From Thermoanaerobaculia bacterium (GTDB lineage: Bacteria; Acidobacteriota; Thermoanaerobaculia; Multivoradales; Multivoraceae): a stretch of DNA of 64,000 nt. Positions 28,961-38,197 of the stretch are shown here, piece by piece. Numbering within the stretch: the stretch's first letter is position 1; the number at the start of each line of letters is the position of its first letter. The position numbers and the translations under genes are program-made. The DNA is taken from assembly GCA_963664405.1 (NCBI GenBank), contig OY761158.1, forward strand, positions 4,256,001 to 4,320,000. Reading direction: 5' to 3'. The notes beneath the pieces were generated by a model. The model was not told the origin of the DNA. It was given only the letters and a program-made list of their open reading frames with translations, and ran no database searches.

Positions 28961-29558
28961 TACCCGAAGCGAATAGGAAGCAATGCCCAAGTGCGCCGTC
29001 CTCGGCGCCAAACAGCAACGAGCCGGAGGAAGTGATACCCATCACTTGTGTAGGCGAGCGCCGTCCTCGGCGCCAGACAGCAGCCTAGCCGCAGGAGATG
29101 ATAGCGATCATTTCCGTAGGCTAGGGGACGAAAAGCGAATAGGAAGCAATGCCCAAGTGCGCCGTCCTCGGCGCCAGACGGTAACCTAGCCGCAGGAAAT
29201 GATAGCGATCATTTCCGTAGGGTAGGGCCGAAGCGGTTTCCCGGAGCGAATAGGAAGCAATGCCCAAGTGCGCCGTCCTCGGCGCCAGACGGTAACCTAG
29301 CCGCAGGAGATGATAGCGATCATTTCCGTAGGGTAGGGCCGAAGCGGTTTCCCGGAGCGAATAGGAAGCAATGCCCAAGTGCGCCGTCCTCGGCGCCAGA
29401 CGGTAACCTAGCCGCAGGAGATGATAGCGATCATTTCCGTAGGGTAGGGCCGAAGCGGTTTCCCGGAGCGAATAGGAAGCAATGCCCAAGTGCGCCGTCC
29501 TCGGCGCCAGACGGTAACCTAGCCGCAGGAAATGATAGCGATCATTTCCGTAGGCTAG
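28961..29558 (-). repeat. Family B array B3: three near-identical 111-bp units plus three shorter or degenerate units, on the minus strand
   Basis: Repeated GCGAATAGGAAGCAATGCCCAAGTGCGCCGTCCTCGGCGCCAGACGGTAACCTAGCCGCAGGA(A/G)ATGATAGCGATCATTTCC. Confidence 0.93.
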
Positions 29559-29650
29559 GGACGAATCTCGTAGTAGGCGTTGAAGATGTCTCCCTCGTAG
29601 TCGATCTGCCGGAAGCGGCTGAAGTCGGCGAGCGCCGCTACCTGGCCGCC
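29555..29650 (-). pseudogene. 3' remnant of a probable class I SAM methyltransferase gene
   Basis: Minus-strand translation ...VAALADFSRFRQIDYEGDIFNAYYEIRP* resembles methyltransferase C-termini; its TAG is the boundary of array B3. Confidence 0.5.
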
Positions 29651-29715
29651 CACCCTTTGCCGGGGCCGAAGGCCGACTTTCATCAGCCGAACGCCTTCCC
29701 GCTTCTCCCGTCCGA

Positions 29716-30807
29716 CTAAGAGACCAGTCCCTGAGCGCGTGCGGCTTCCTCGCGAACCAGCTCGGGCGCGCCAAGTAGTTGGCGATTGAAGCCGATGCGC
29801 TTGAACCAGTAGTGAAGCCCGAGAAGATCGGTAAATCCCATGCCGCCGTGCACTTCCGTTGCGGTGCGCGCGACGAACTGGCCCACTTCGGCTAGATGCG
29901 CCTTGGCGTGACAGATCATGAGCCGCGCTTCTTCGGGGATCGCGGTCACGGAGTGCGCGGCATACCAGATCAGCGAGCGACAGGGCTCGAGCTCGGCTGC
30001 CATCTCAGAGCACATATGTTTGACTGCTTGGAACGATCCGATGGGCCGATTAAACTGTCGTCGCTCCTTGGCGTAGGCGACAGATTGGTTGAGCATCGCC
30101 TGGGCGGCGCCCAAGGTGTCGGCGGCGAGCATGAGACGGCCCGCATCGATGGTTGCGAGCAGGGGCTCCCGGTTCTCGACCGAGCCTGGAAGCACCTCGG
30201 CGGAGGTCAAATCGAGTGAGATCTCCGCAACGGATCGAGTGCGATCGACGGTGTTGAGCTTTTTGCGATCGAGGCCCTCGGCGTCACCGGCAACCAGATG
30301 GAGGGCGCCGGTCACATCGGCGATCACGTAGGCGTCGGCTTCCATCGCTTCCAACACGAACATGGCGGTGCCGTCGAGGTTGCCGTCCGACGCGCTTATG
30401 CCGTTGCCCGTCCGACGGGCGATCTGCTCGGTGACTCCGACCGCAAGGGTCTTCTCGCCGGATGCCAGCTTGGGAAGCCACTCTGTCTTTTGAGCGTCGC
30501 TGCCACCGGCCAAGAGAGCGGTCGGGGCCATGACAGAGGTTGCGGCGAACGGAACCGGAGCGACGGCGTAACCGAGGGTCTCGGCGACCAAGGCCGCTTC
30601 GAGAAAGCCCAGCCCGACTCCGCCGAATTCTTCGGGGATGAGAATGCCGGGAATCTCCAGGTCGCGAGCGCTCTGGTAAACGTCGTCTGCGATCGTTTCT
30701 TCTGCGTCAGCGACCTCACGCACGCGCTCCAGGGGGCACTGCGACTGAAGGAAGCGGGCGACACTCTGCTGCAGCATCTGCTGCGCTGGATCTAGTAGGA
30801 ATTCCAT
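29716..30807 (-). CDS. Acyl-CoA dehydrogenase, short partner subunit
   Basis: YAKERRQFNRPIGSFQAVKH, VHGGMGFT. Confidence 0.92.
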   Translation of the reverse strand: MEFLLDPAQQMLQQSVARFLQSQCPLERVREVADAEETIADDVYQSARDLEIPGILIPEEFGGVGLGFLEAALVAETLGYAVAPVPFAATSVMAPTALLAGGSDAQKTEWLPKLASGEKTLAVGVTEQIARRTGNGISASDGNLDGTAMFVLEAMEADAYVIADVTGALHLVAGDAEGLDRKKLNTVDRTRSVAEISLDLTSAEVLPGSVENREPLLATIDAGRLMLAADTLGAAQAMLNQSVAYAKERRQFNRPIGSFQAVKHMCSEMAAELEPCRSLIWYAAHSVTAIPEEARLMICHAKAHLAEVGQFVARTATEVHGGMGFTDLLGLHYWFKRIGFNRQLLGAPELVREEAARAQGLVS

Positions 30808-30829
30808 GTTGAGGTCCTAGTACAGGACA

Positions 30830-32014
30830 CTAGATGGGGTGCTCGAACTTGGGCTCTTTCGGCAGTCCCAAGACCCGCTCGCCGATGAGGTTCTTTTGGA
30901 TCTGGGCGGTACCGCCACCGATGATCAGCCCCAGATCCATCATGTAACGGTGCTGCCACAATCCGTTGTCGCGGAGGTGAGGGCTGTTGTCGTAGAGGAT
31001 GCCGATCTCGCCCAGGACATCGATCGCCAGTCCCGCGACCTGGTGATTGAGCTCGCAGCCTTGCAGTTTGACGATCCAGCGCGCCAGGCCGGGGTCCTCG
31101 CCTTTGATCTCGTGTGACAGACAGCGCATCCCGTTGAACTTCATCGACAGAATTCTCCCTTGGAGTGCCATTGCGCGGTCGCGATAGCTCGGAATGTCGA
31201 TGATTCGCTCGCCGTTGATGGTCTCTTCTTTCATCAAGTCGAGAACATATCCGAAGCGCTTCTCCGCTTCGTCGGGGTCGCCGAGCCCGCCACGCTCGTG
31301 TTTCAAGGTGGCATTGGCTACGTACCAGCCCTCGCCGCGCTTGCCGACGATCGAGGTGATTGGTACTCGGCAATCGGTGAAGAAGACCTCGTTGAATTGC
31401 GAGTCGCCGGTCATCTGCTTGAGCGGCCGGACCTCGATTCCCGGGGTGTCCATCGAGATGAGGAGGTAGCTGATGCCCTGATGCTTGGGTAGATCGGGCT
31501 CGGTGCGCACCAAGCAGAACATCCATTCGGCAGTCTTGGCACCGGAGGTCCAGATCTTGGAGCCATTGATGACGAACTCGTCGCCGTCGACATGAGCCCG
31601 GGTCTGCAGAGACGCCAGGTCTGAGCCCGAGCCCGGCTCTGAATAGCCCTGACACCAGCTGATCTCTCCGCGGACGCTCGGACCGACAAAGAACTGTCGC
31701 TGCTCTTCGGTACCGAGCTCGAGAAGAACTGGAACGATTCGGTCGTCGCCGCTGTGGCCGGACGGAACCCTGGCGTGTGCGAATTCTTCGGCAAGGATGC
31801 GCGATCTGAGAATGTCGGGCTCGAGTCCTGCTCCACCATATTTTTTTGGAACCGTGCATGCGGCATATCCGTGCTCGATGAGCAGCTGCTGCCACTCGCG
31901 AGCGGACATCGTTCTGCGCTCGCCGTTCGCCGGTGCCTTGGCTTTGTTCTGCTCCAAGAATGCACGTACTTCGGCGCGATAGTCCTCGTACTCTTCGCTG
32001 TAGGCGAGATCCAT
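30830..32014 (-). CDS. Acyl-CoA dehydrogenase, catalytic subunit
   Basis: WCQGYSEPGSGSDLASL, NGSKIWTS, FNEVFF, LKHER, IGGGTAQIQKN. Confidence 0.93.
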   Translation of the reverse strand: MDLAYSEEYEDYRAEVRAFLEQNKAKAPANGERRTMSAREWQQLLIEHGYAACTVPKKYGGAGLEPDILRSRILAEEFAHARVPSGHSGDDRIVPVLLELGTEEQRQFFVGPSVRGEISWCQGYSEPGSGSDLASLQTRAHVDGDEFVINGSKIWTSGAKTAEWMFCLVRTEPDLPKHQGISYLLISMDTPGIEVRPLKQMTGDSQFNEVFFTDCRVPITSIVGKRGEGWYVANATLKHERGGLGDPDEAEKRFGYVLDLMKEETINGERIIDIPSYRDRAMALQGRILSMKFNGMRCLSHEIKGEDPGLARWIVKLQGCELNHQVAGLAIDVLGEIGILYDNSPHLRDNGLWQHRYMMDLGLIIGGGTAQIQKNLIGERVLGLPKEPKFEHPI

Positions 32015-32110
32015 GGTGACTCCAGGGGTTGGTCTCGATGAAGGGCTGGATCCTACTACGGCTGCTGTCTTTCTTTTTGGTTCGCCCAACGACTACGATA
32101 GGCAGCCACG

Positions 32111-32785
32111 ATGGAAGCTCTAATCAGGGCGATACTCGAGGATGACCGTTCGAGGGCGAGGAAGTTACTCGAATCCGAGGCTGGGCTCGCCAACGGGATC
32201 TTCGAGGATGCCATGCCGTGCCTGGAGTTTGGCCACTGGATCTATGCCGGAGACACGGCACTCCATCTCGCGGCCGCCGGCCATCGGACTGAGATCGTGG
32301 CGCTGCTGCTGGAGGCCGGCGCCGACCCGAATGCGGAAGGAGCTCATCGCGACGCGAGGCCTCTCCACTACGCGTCGGATGGAAACCCCAATCTCGCCTC
32401 CTGGAGCGCGAGGCGACAACTGAGGACGATCGAGCTCTTGATCGATTCCGCTGCAGAGCTTGGCGCGCGGGATAAGAACGGCGCCACCGCCCTTCACCGT
32501 GCCGTTCGGACTCGATGCGCCTCGGCGGTGGGTTGTCTGCTCGACGCCGGGGCTGATCCCGAGATCAGAAACCGCCCGGGCGCGACCTCCTTTCATCTCG
32601 CGGTTCGGAACACCGGTCGTGGCGGAACGGGCACCGAGACGGTGAAGGAGGCCCAGAGAGCGATCATCGACGCCTTTCTCTCGAGAGGGATCGAGCCCAC
32701 TCTCGAAGACGCGCATGGCAGGTCGGTCCTCGACTGGGCTCAGAGTCCGTGGATCCGTGAAGCTCTTGCTGGGAGCTCCGGGTGA
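32111..32785 (+). CDS. Ankyrin repeat protein
   Basis: GDTALHLAA, RPLHYA, GATALHRAV, GATSFHLAV. Confidence 0.9.
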   Translation: MEALIRAILEDDRSRARKLLESEAGLANGIFEDAMPCLEFGHWIYAGDTALHLAAAGHRTEIVALLLEAGADPNAEGAHRDARPLHYASDGNPNLASWSARRQLRTIELLIDSAAELGARDKNGATALHRAVRTRCASAVGCLLDAGADPEIRNRPGATSFHLAVRNTGRGGTGTETVKEAQRAIIDAFLSRGIEPTLEDAHGRSVLDWAQSPWIREALAGSSG

Positions 32786-33807
32786 CGGAACGTGTGCTCG
32801 AGATCGGTGGTCATGCCGCAGGCTTCTGCGGCAGGCTCTTCGTTCAATCAGGCGCAGATGTCGTACGCGTCGAGACCGCACCGGTGCCGAGTTACGTGAG
32901 CGATGCCGCGATGGAGTTGTATCTGCATGCCGGCAAGCGGCGGGTTCGGACCGCCAATCAAGCCCTGATCGCGGATCTGGCCGCCAAGGCTGATGTCGTC
33001 GTTGCCGAGGCGGGTACGTCTGCTGCCCTCGACGACCTGGGGATCGACGATTGGGCAGCGCCGGTCAAGGCCGCCATAACCCCTTTCGGCCGGACCGGGC
33101 CCAAGCGCGATTGGCAGGCAACGTCAAACACCCTGCTCGCAATGGGCGGGTACACCTACATCATGGGTGATCCGGGGCGGGCGCCGCTCACTCTGCCCGG
33201 CCACTACCTGGAGTTCCAGAGCGGCGCCTTGGCCTACACCGCGGCCAATGCCGCTCGGCTCGCCGGCGAGCCGAGCTCGATCGACATCGCCATGCTCGAT
33301 ACCTTGATGGCGCTCTCTCAGTTCACTACCGTGCTGTGGCATTGCGCGGGCGAGATCCGTTCTCGCCATGGCAGCGACTACTGGTCGGTAGTGCCGACGA
33401 CCCAGTTCCGCTGCGTGGATGGTTGGGTCTATGTCAACATCCCGCCGCTTTTCTGGGAGGCTTTCGCGGCCTTTCTGGAGCAGCCCGAGTTGCTGGCAGA
33501 CGAGCGCTTCACGACCAATCCCCTTCGTATGGAGAACCGGGAGCCTCTCCACGAGATCGTCGCTGCCAAGTTGAGCTCCATGACCAAGGCCGAGATCGAA
33601 TCGAGAGCCGAGGAGTGCCGGATTCCAGCGGGTGTGGTCAAGACCATGGAGGAGGTGCTCGCCGATCCCCATCTCGCCGAGCGCGACTTCTGGCAGGAGG
33701 TCGAAGGGCCGCTGTGCACCGTGCGCTCGCCACGCCCAGCCTGGTTCTTCCACGGCGAATCCGGGCCCGCTCAGAAGCTCCACACCCCGGAGGTCATCGA
33801 TGGCTGA
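32782..33807 (+). CDS. Family III CoA-transferase (CaiB/BaiF), subunit 1
   Basis: GADVVRVE, ITPFGRTGP, DPHLAERDF. Confidence 0.88.
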   Translation: MTERVLEIGGHAAGFCGRLFVQSGADVVRVETAPVPSYVSDAAMELYLHAGKRRVRTANQALIADLAAKADVVVAEAGTSAALDDLGIDDWAAPVKAAITPFGRTGPKRDWQATSNTLLAMGGYTYIMGDPGRAPLTLPGHYLEFQSGALAYTAANAARLAGEPSSIDIAMLDTLMALSQFTTVLWHCAGEIRSRHGSDYWSVVPTTQFRCVDGWVYVNIPPLFWEAFAAFLEQPELLADERFTTNPLRMENREPLHEIVAAKLSSMTKAEIESRAEECRIPAGVVKTMEEVLADPHLAERDFWQEVEGPLCTVRSPRPAWFFHGESGPAQKLHTPEVIDG

Positions 33808-35029
33808 AGGGCCGCTGGCGGGTATCCGGATTCTCGATCTCACCCATGTCTGGGCAGGCCCGCTGGCTACGCGGGTGCTGGCGGATCTGGGCGCGACGGT
33901 GGTGAAAGTCGAGTCGCCCCGCGGACGAGGAACGGGAGATCCGACCCAGCTCAATCCCATCGGTGGCTGGATCGGCGGAGAGATGCCTGCCGAGCCCTGG
34001 AACGCCAACGCCGTCTTCCTCAAGCTGCAGCGCAATAAGCAGAGCCTGGCGATCGATCTCAAGTCCGAGGCCGGCCGGGAGGTGTTTCTGCGGCTGGTCG
34101 GTCTCGCCGACGTGGTGATCGAGAATTTCAGTGCCCGAGCGATGCCGTCGCTGAGGCTCGGCTACGAGGAGCTGGCAGCGGCGAACCCCGAGATCATCTA
34201 TGTGACCATGCCGGGGTTCGGCACCTTCGGTGCCTATCATCAGCGCGTCGCCTTCGGTCCCATCGTCGAGGCTATGAGCGGTTTGACCCATGCGATGGGC
34301 TACGGACCCGACGAGCCTCGCAACTCGGCGATGGGGCTGGTCGACCCTACCTGCGCTACCAACGCGACAGCGGCGGTGGTGACCGCCTTGCGACGAAGGC
34401 AGGAGACAGGTGAGGGCGCGAAGGTCGAGCTGACGTTGCATGAGGCCGGCGTGTCCTACTGCGGCCCCTGGCTCATCGAAGAGCAGCTCCAGGGAGGGGT
34501 GGAGCGGGTTGGCAATCGACACCCTCAGATGGCGCCCCACGGGGTTTATCGGTGTGAGGGGGAAGATGAGTGGATCGCCCTGGCGTGCCGCGACGACGCC
34601 GACTGGCAGGCGCTTTGTGAGCTCATCGACCTCGATCCAGGGGCCAAAGCGGATCTTGCCGCTCGGAAGGCAAGAGAAGATGAGATCGAGGCGGCTATCG
34701 CCTCCTGGACCTGCGAGAGAAGCCGTGCGATGGCGGTGGCTGCCCTGCAAGATGCCGGCATTCCCGCCGGCCCCGTCAATACGACGCCTGATATGACAGC
34801 CGATCCACATGTGCGGGCTCGCGGTTTCTTCGTACCGCTGGAAGCCGGCGGCATCCCCGTGCCGGGGAACCCGATCAAGATGACAGGCATTTCCAGCTCG
34901 GATTGGACGCCCGCGCCCGTCATGGGCGCCCATAACCGCGCGGTGCTACGGGAGTGGTTGCTTCTCGGCGAGTCCGAGATCGAGGCCCTGGAAGAGGCTG
35001 GTGTTCTGGTCGATCGACCGCCGGAATAG
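33800..35029 (+). CDS. Family III CoA-transferase (CaiB/BaiF), subunit 2
   Basis: PLAGIRILDLTHVWAGP, RNKQSLAIDLK, DVVIENF, APHGVYRC. Confidence 0.92.
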   Translation: MAEGPLAGIRILDLTHVWAGPLATRVLADLGATVVKVESPRGRGTGDPTQLNPIGGWIGGEMPAEPWNANAVFLKLQRNKQSLAIDLKSEAGREVFLRLVGLADVVIENFSARAMPSLRLGYEELAAANPEIIYVTMPGFGTFGAYHQRVAFGPIVEAMSGLTHAMGYGPDEPRNSAMGLVDPTCATNATAAVVTALRRRQETGEGAKVELTLHEAGVSYCGPWLIEEQLQGGVERVGNRHPQMAPHGVYRCEGEDEWIALACRDDADWQALCELIDLDPGAKADLAARKAREDEIEAAIASWTCERSRAMAVAALQDAGIPAGPVNTTPDMTADPHVRARGFFVPLEAGGIPVPGNPIKMTGISSSDWTPAPVMGAHNRAVLREWLLLGESEIEALEEAGVLVDRPPE

Positions 35030-35031
35030 GC

Positions 35032-35814
35032 TCAGACCAGGCGCAGACGCATCCCGCAGAGGGTGACGAGATCGTCGCCGCTTCGGCAGCCGGCCGCCTC
35101 GGCATTGGCGAGGGCCCGGGCTCGGTCGGTGATATGGATGTCGAGCCCGCCGAGACCAACGGGACGGCCGTCGCGTAGGGGCACGAAGCGGAGCGTCGAA
35201 TCGGCGAGCGCCAGCGCTGGGTTGCCGTTATCGTCGACCGCCACCGCCTCGTCGAGAACCTCGCCCCACCGTGCGGCGAGCGTGGCAGGGTCCGGGGTCT
35301 GGATCTCGGCGGCGGCGATGCCGTTGACGATCTCGGTGTGCTTGCAGCGCTGCCAGTCGGCGCCGGCCGGCCACCACTCGCCGCCGAGGCGATCTTCGTC
35401 CTCGTTCCAGCGAATCTCGGCGATGGCGCCGGGGACGTCCTTGGGGTGGAGCTGCATTCCCATCCCGTGCTCGGCGCGCCCCGGTTCGGCGACCAGGCGG
35501 ATGCCGAGATCCGCGATTCGCTCTTGGTAGGAGGCGTAGGCCTGCTGGGGAACTTGCATGATGACCATGTAGCCGCCGTCGCCGCCGCGGCGCTTCAGGT
35601 AACGGCCGCCGGCGGTGTCGTGCTCGCCCGGCAGCGGCGATACGGTCTCGAGCAACTGGTCACCGAAGGGGATGAGGATGTTGCGGAGCCCATGGCGGCC
35701 CACGCCCGGGTCGCGGTAGCAGACCTCAACTCCGAAGACCGATTCGCACTGCTCTTGGATGCGGTCGAGGTCGTGGGCGACGAGGCAGATCTGGCGGATG
35801 CGGATGTGTGACAT
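35032..35814 (-). CDS. VOC/glyoxalase-like protein
   Basis: RQICLVA, RDPGVG..GLRN, TAGGRYL.RRGGDGGYMVI, QLHPKD. Confidence 0.75.
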   Translation of the reverse strand: MSHIRIRQICLVAHDLDRIQEQCESVFGVEVCYRDPGVGRHGLRNILIPFGDQLLETVSPLPGEHDTAGGRYLKRRGGDGGYMVIMQVPQQAYASYQERIADLGIRLVAEPGRAEHGMGMQLHPKDVPGAIAEIRWNEDEDRLGGEWWPAGADWQRCKHTEIVNGIAAAEIQTPDPATLAARWGEVLDEAVAVDDNGNPALALADSTLRFVPLRDGRPVGLGGLDIHITDRARALANAEAAGCRSGDDLVTLCGMRLRLV

Positions 35815-35973
35815 GAGGGAGTCTGCCTGACCAGTGTGACGAAACTAAATTGTCTCGGGTACGTGATAAGAATACAGAATTGTAGGTCTTCCTCCAAGAT
35901 GCTGCGTCCGCCCCTCGCGTCCAAGGCTAGCCCCTTCAAGGATTTAGGAGAGTCAGGGGTAGCCGCTCGTCGC

Positions 35974-35989
35974 TGGCATCGAGATTGCT
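35974..35989 (+). promoter_or_regulatory. Putative sigma54 (-24/-12) promoter
   Basis: TGGCATCGAGATTGCT, exact GG-N10-GC spacing, upstream of the SDR pseudogene and acetolactate synthase. Confidence 0.65.
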
Positions 35990-36065
35990 CTTTTCTAACC
36001 GCCAGAGAGGCTGCCGTTGCTGTGGAGCGAGGCCCCGACCGACGCGCCCCATTTAGGAGAAAGCA

Positions 36066-36389
36066 ATGACCACAAGCGCCACAGCTGCCTTCTTCGCAGA
36101 GGGAGCAGATCTCAGCTCAGTTCGCGATCCCTTCGACCTCAGCGGACGGGTCGCCGTCGTCACCGGCGGCGGTCGCGGGCTTGGAGAGGCGATGTCTCTC
36201 GGCTTGGCTTCTGCGGGCGCCAGCGTCGTCGTCAGCAGTCGGACCGAACCTCAGGTGGCGGCAGTCCGCGACCGAATCCGTGGTCGACCCGAAGAGCTCA
36301 CCGGCGCCGTAATTTTTCTCGCCAGTGATGCTTCGAGCTTTTTCACCGGCCCCGTGCTCAGAGTCGACGGTGGCTGGAACGCCTGGTAG
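36066..36389 (+). pseudogene. SDR oxidoreductase with a large internal deletion
   Basis: N-terminal [10 protein letters not shown] fused directly to C-terminal [30 protein letters not shown]; catalytic YxxxK region missing. Confidence 0.85.
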
Positions 36390-36420
36390 GCGGTCGGCGC
36401 CGACTCAAGGGAGGACCATC

Positions 36421-38079
36421 ATGAATTGCAGCGAGCTACTGGTGCAGTGTCTCGAGAACGAAGGAGTGGAGTACATCTTCGGTGTGCCGGGAGAGGAAAA
36501 CCTCGATTTGATGGATGCCCTGTCGCGGAGCGAGCAGATCACCTTCATTACCACTCGCCACGAGCAGGGCGCCGCCTTCATGGCCAACGTCTATGGCCGA
36601 CTCTCGACCTTTCCCGGCGTCTGCCTCGCTACGCTCGGCCCGGGCGCCACGAATCTGGTGACGGGGATTGCCGACGCCTTTCTCGACCGAGCGCCGCTGG
36701 TTGCTATCACCGGCCAGGGACCTCTTGGCAGCGGCATCAAGGAGTCGCACCAGGTTCTCGATATCGGCCGCCTGCTCGAGCCGATAACGCGCTGGAACGC
36801 GACGATCGAGCAGCCGAAGCTCGTGCCGGAGGTGGTGCGCAAGGCATTCCGTCTGGCGCGCCTCGAGAAGCCGAGCGCGACCCACCTGGAGCTCCCGGAG
36901 GATGTAGCGGGGATGGACGTGGAGGCCTCGCCGATGAGGGTCCAACGGACGAGCTATCCCCAGGCTCTGCCGGAAGCTCTCGAGCTCGCACAGGACTTGA
37001 TCCGGGCCGCGGAGAGGCCTGTCATCCTTGCCGGCAATGGAATTGTGAGACGGCACGCCGCCGGCCGGCAGACCGCTCGCCGTCTACGCTCCATCGCCCA
37101 CAGATTGAATCTGCCGGTGGTGCCGACCTTCATGGCCAAGGGTGTCATCGACTATCGGGATGAGCTCGCCCAGCCGGCCGCAGGACTCCGCAGCAAGTCG
37201 GCCCCAGACGATGCGCTCGACCTAGCCGACGTCATCATCGCAGTGGGGTACGACCTGGTGGAGTGGGCGCCGAAGTCTTGGAATCGGAGCAACGACAAGA
37301 CCATCATCCACGTCGACAGCAACCCCGCCGAGATCGACGATCACTACATACCCGCAGTCGAAGTCGTGGGTGAGATCGGCACGAGCCTCGCCGTTCTGGA
37401 GGGAGCCGTCGAGCACGGACGCGAGCCGTGGCTCGACGGCTCCCATCGAGAGGCGGTTCTCGAGGTGTTGGAGAGCCATCGCAGCAACGACTCGTTCCCG
37501 CTGAAGCCCCAGCGTGTGGTGGCGGATCTCAGGACCGCCCTTGGCGATGACGACATCCTGATCTCCGACGTCGGAGCACACAAGCTCTGGTTGGCGACAC
37601 TCTTTCCCGCCGTAACCCCCAACAGCGTCATCATTGCCAATGGGCTGGCGTCGATGGGAATCGCCCTGCCCGGGGCTTTGGCGGCAAAGCTGGTGCATCC
37701 TGAGCGCCGTGTGGTGGCGGTCAGCGGCGATGGCGGATTCCTGATGAATTCCCAGGAGCTCGAGACCGCAAAGCGCGTCGGCACGCCCTTCGTCACGGTG
37801 GTCTGGAGAGACGATCGATACGGTGTGATCGCCCTCAATCAGGAACGACGATTCGGCAGCGCGTTCGCTACCGACTTCGGGAACCCCGACCTGGTCAAGT
37901 ACGCCGAGGCCTTTGGCCTGCCCGGTTTCCGCGTCGAGAGCGCCGCCGACTTGCTGCCGACTCTCCGTCGAGCTCTGGATTGTGATGTTCCGAGCCTGGT
38001 CGAGGTCCCGGTGGATCCCGCCAGCCACCACGAGCTCGGCCGGCTCGGCGCCCTCGCCGAGAGCAGCCCTTCGTTCTAG
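36421..38079 (+). CDS. Acetolactate synthase-like ThDP enzyme, large subunit
   Basis: FGVPGEEN, RHEQGAAFMA, TLGPGATN, DVGAHK, GDGGFLMNSQE. Confidence 0.92.
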   Translation: MNCSELLVQCLENEGVEYIFGVPGEENLDLMDALSRSEQITFITTRHEQGAAFMANVYGRLSTFPGVCLATLGPGATNLVTGIADAFLDRAPLVAITGQGPLGSGIKESHQVLDIGRLLEPITRWNATIEQPKLVPEVVRKAFRLARLEKPSATHLELPEDVAGMDVEASPMRVQRTSYPQALPEALELAQDLIRAAERPVILAGNGIVRRHAAGRQTARRLRSIAHRLNLPVVPTFMAKGVIDYRDELAQPAAGLRSKSAPDDALDLADVIIAVGYDLVEWAPKSWNRSNDKTIIHVDSNPAEIDDHYIPAVEVVGEIGTSLAVLEGAVEHGREPWLDGSHREAVLEVLESHRSNDSFPLKPQRVVADLRTALGDDDILISDVGAHKLWLATLFPAVTPNSVIIANGLASMGIALPGALAAKLVHPERRVVAVSGDGGFLMNSQELETAKRVGTPFVTVVWRDDRYGVIALNQERRFGSAFATDFGNPDLVKYAEAFGLPGFRVESAADLLPTLRRALDCDVPSLVEVPVDPASHHELGRLGALAESSPSF

Positions 38080-38197
38080 CGGTCGGAAGCGGGTCGCAGC
38101 GGACTCCTGGCCCGCAGGACAGGATCTTCCTCTTGTGAGCGAGAATAGAAGTACGATGGAGATCGTCAGCCTGGTCTCCCGAGCCCCCGAGCGGACG

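Noticed and set aside
13987-29558. Family B arrays as CRISPR arrays
   Set aside because: The conserved part is about 90 bp, linkers are near-identical between neighbouring units rather than unique spacers, and no cas genes are present
29121-29774. 217-aa ORF with 37-aa repeats, and similar ORFs at 15454-16007
   Set aside because: By-product of the 111-bp unit; other arrays have unit lengths that break the frame
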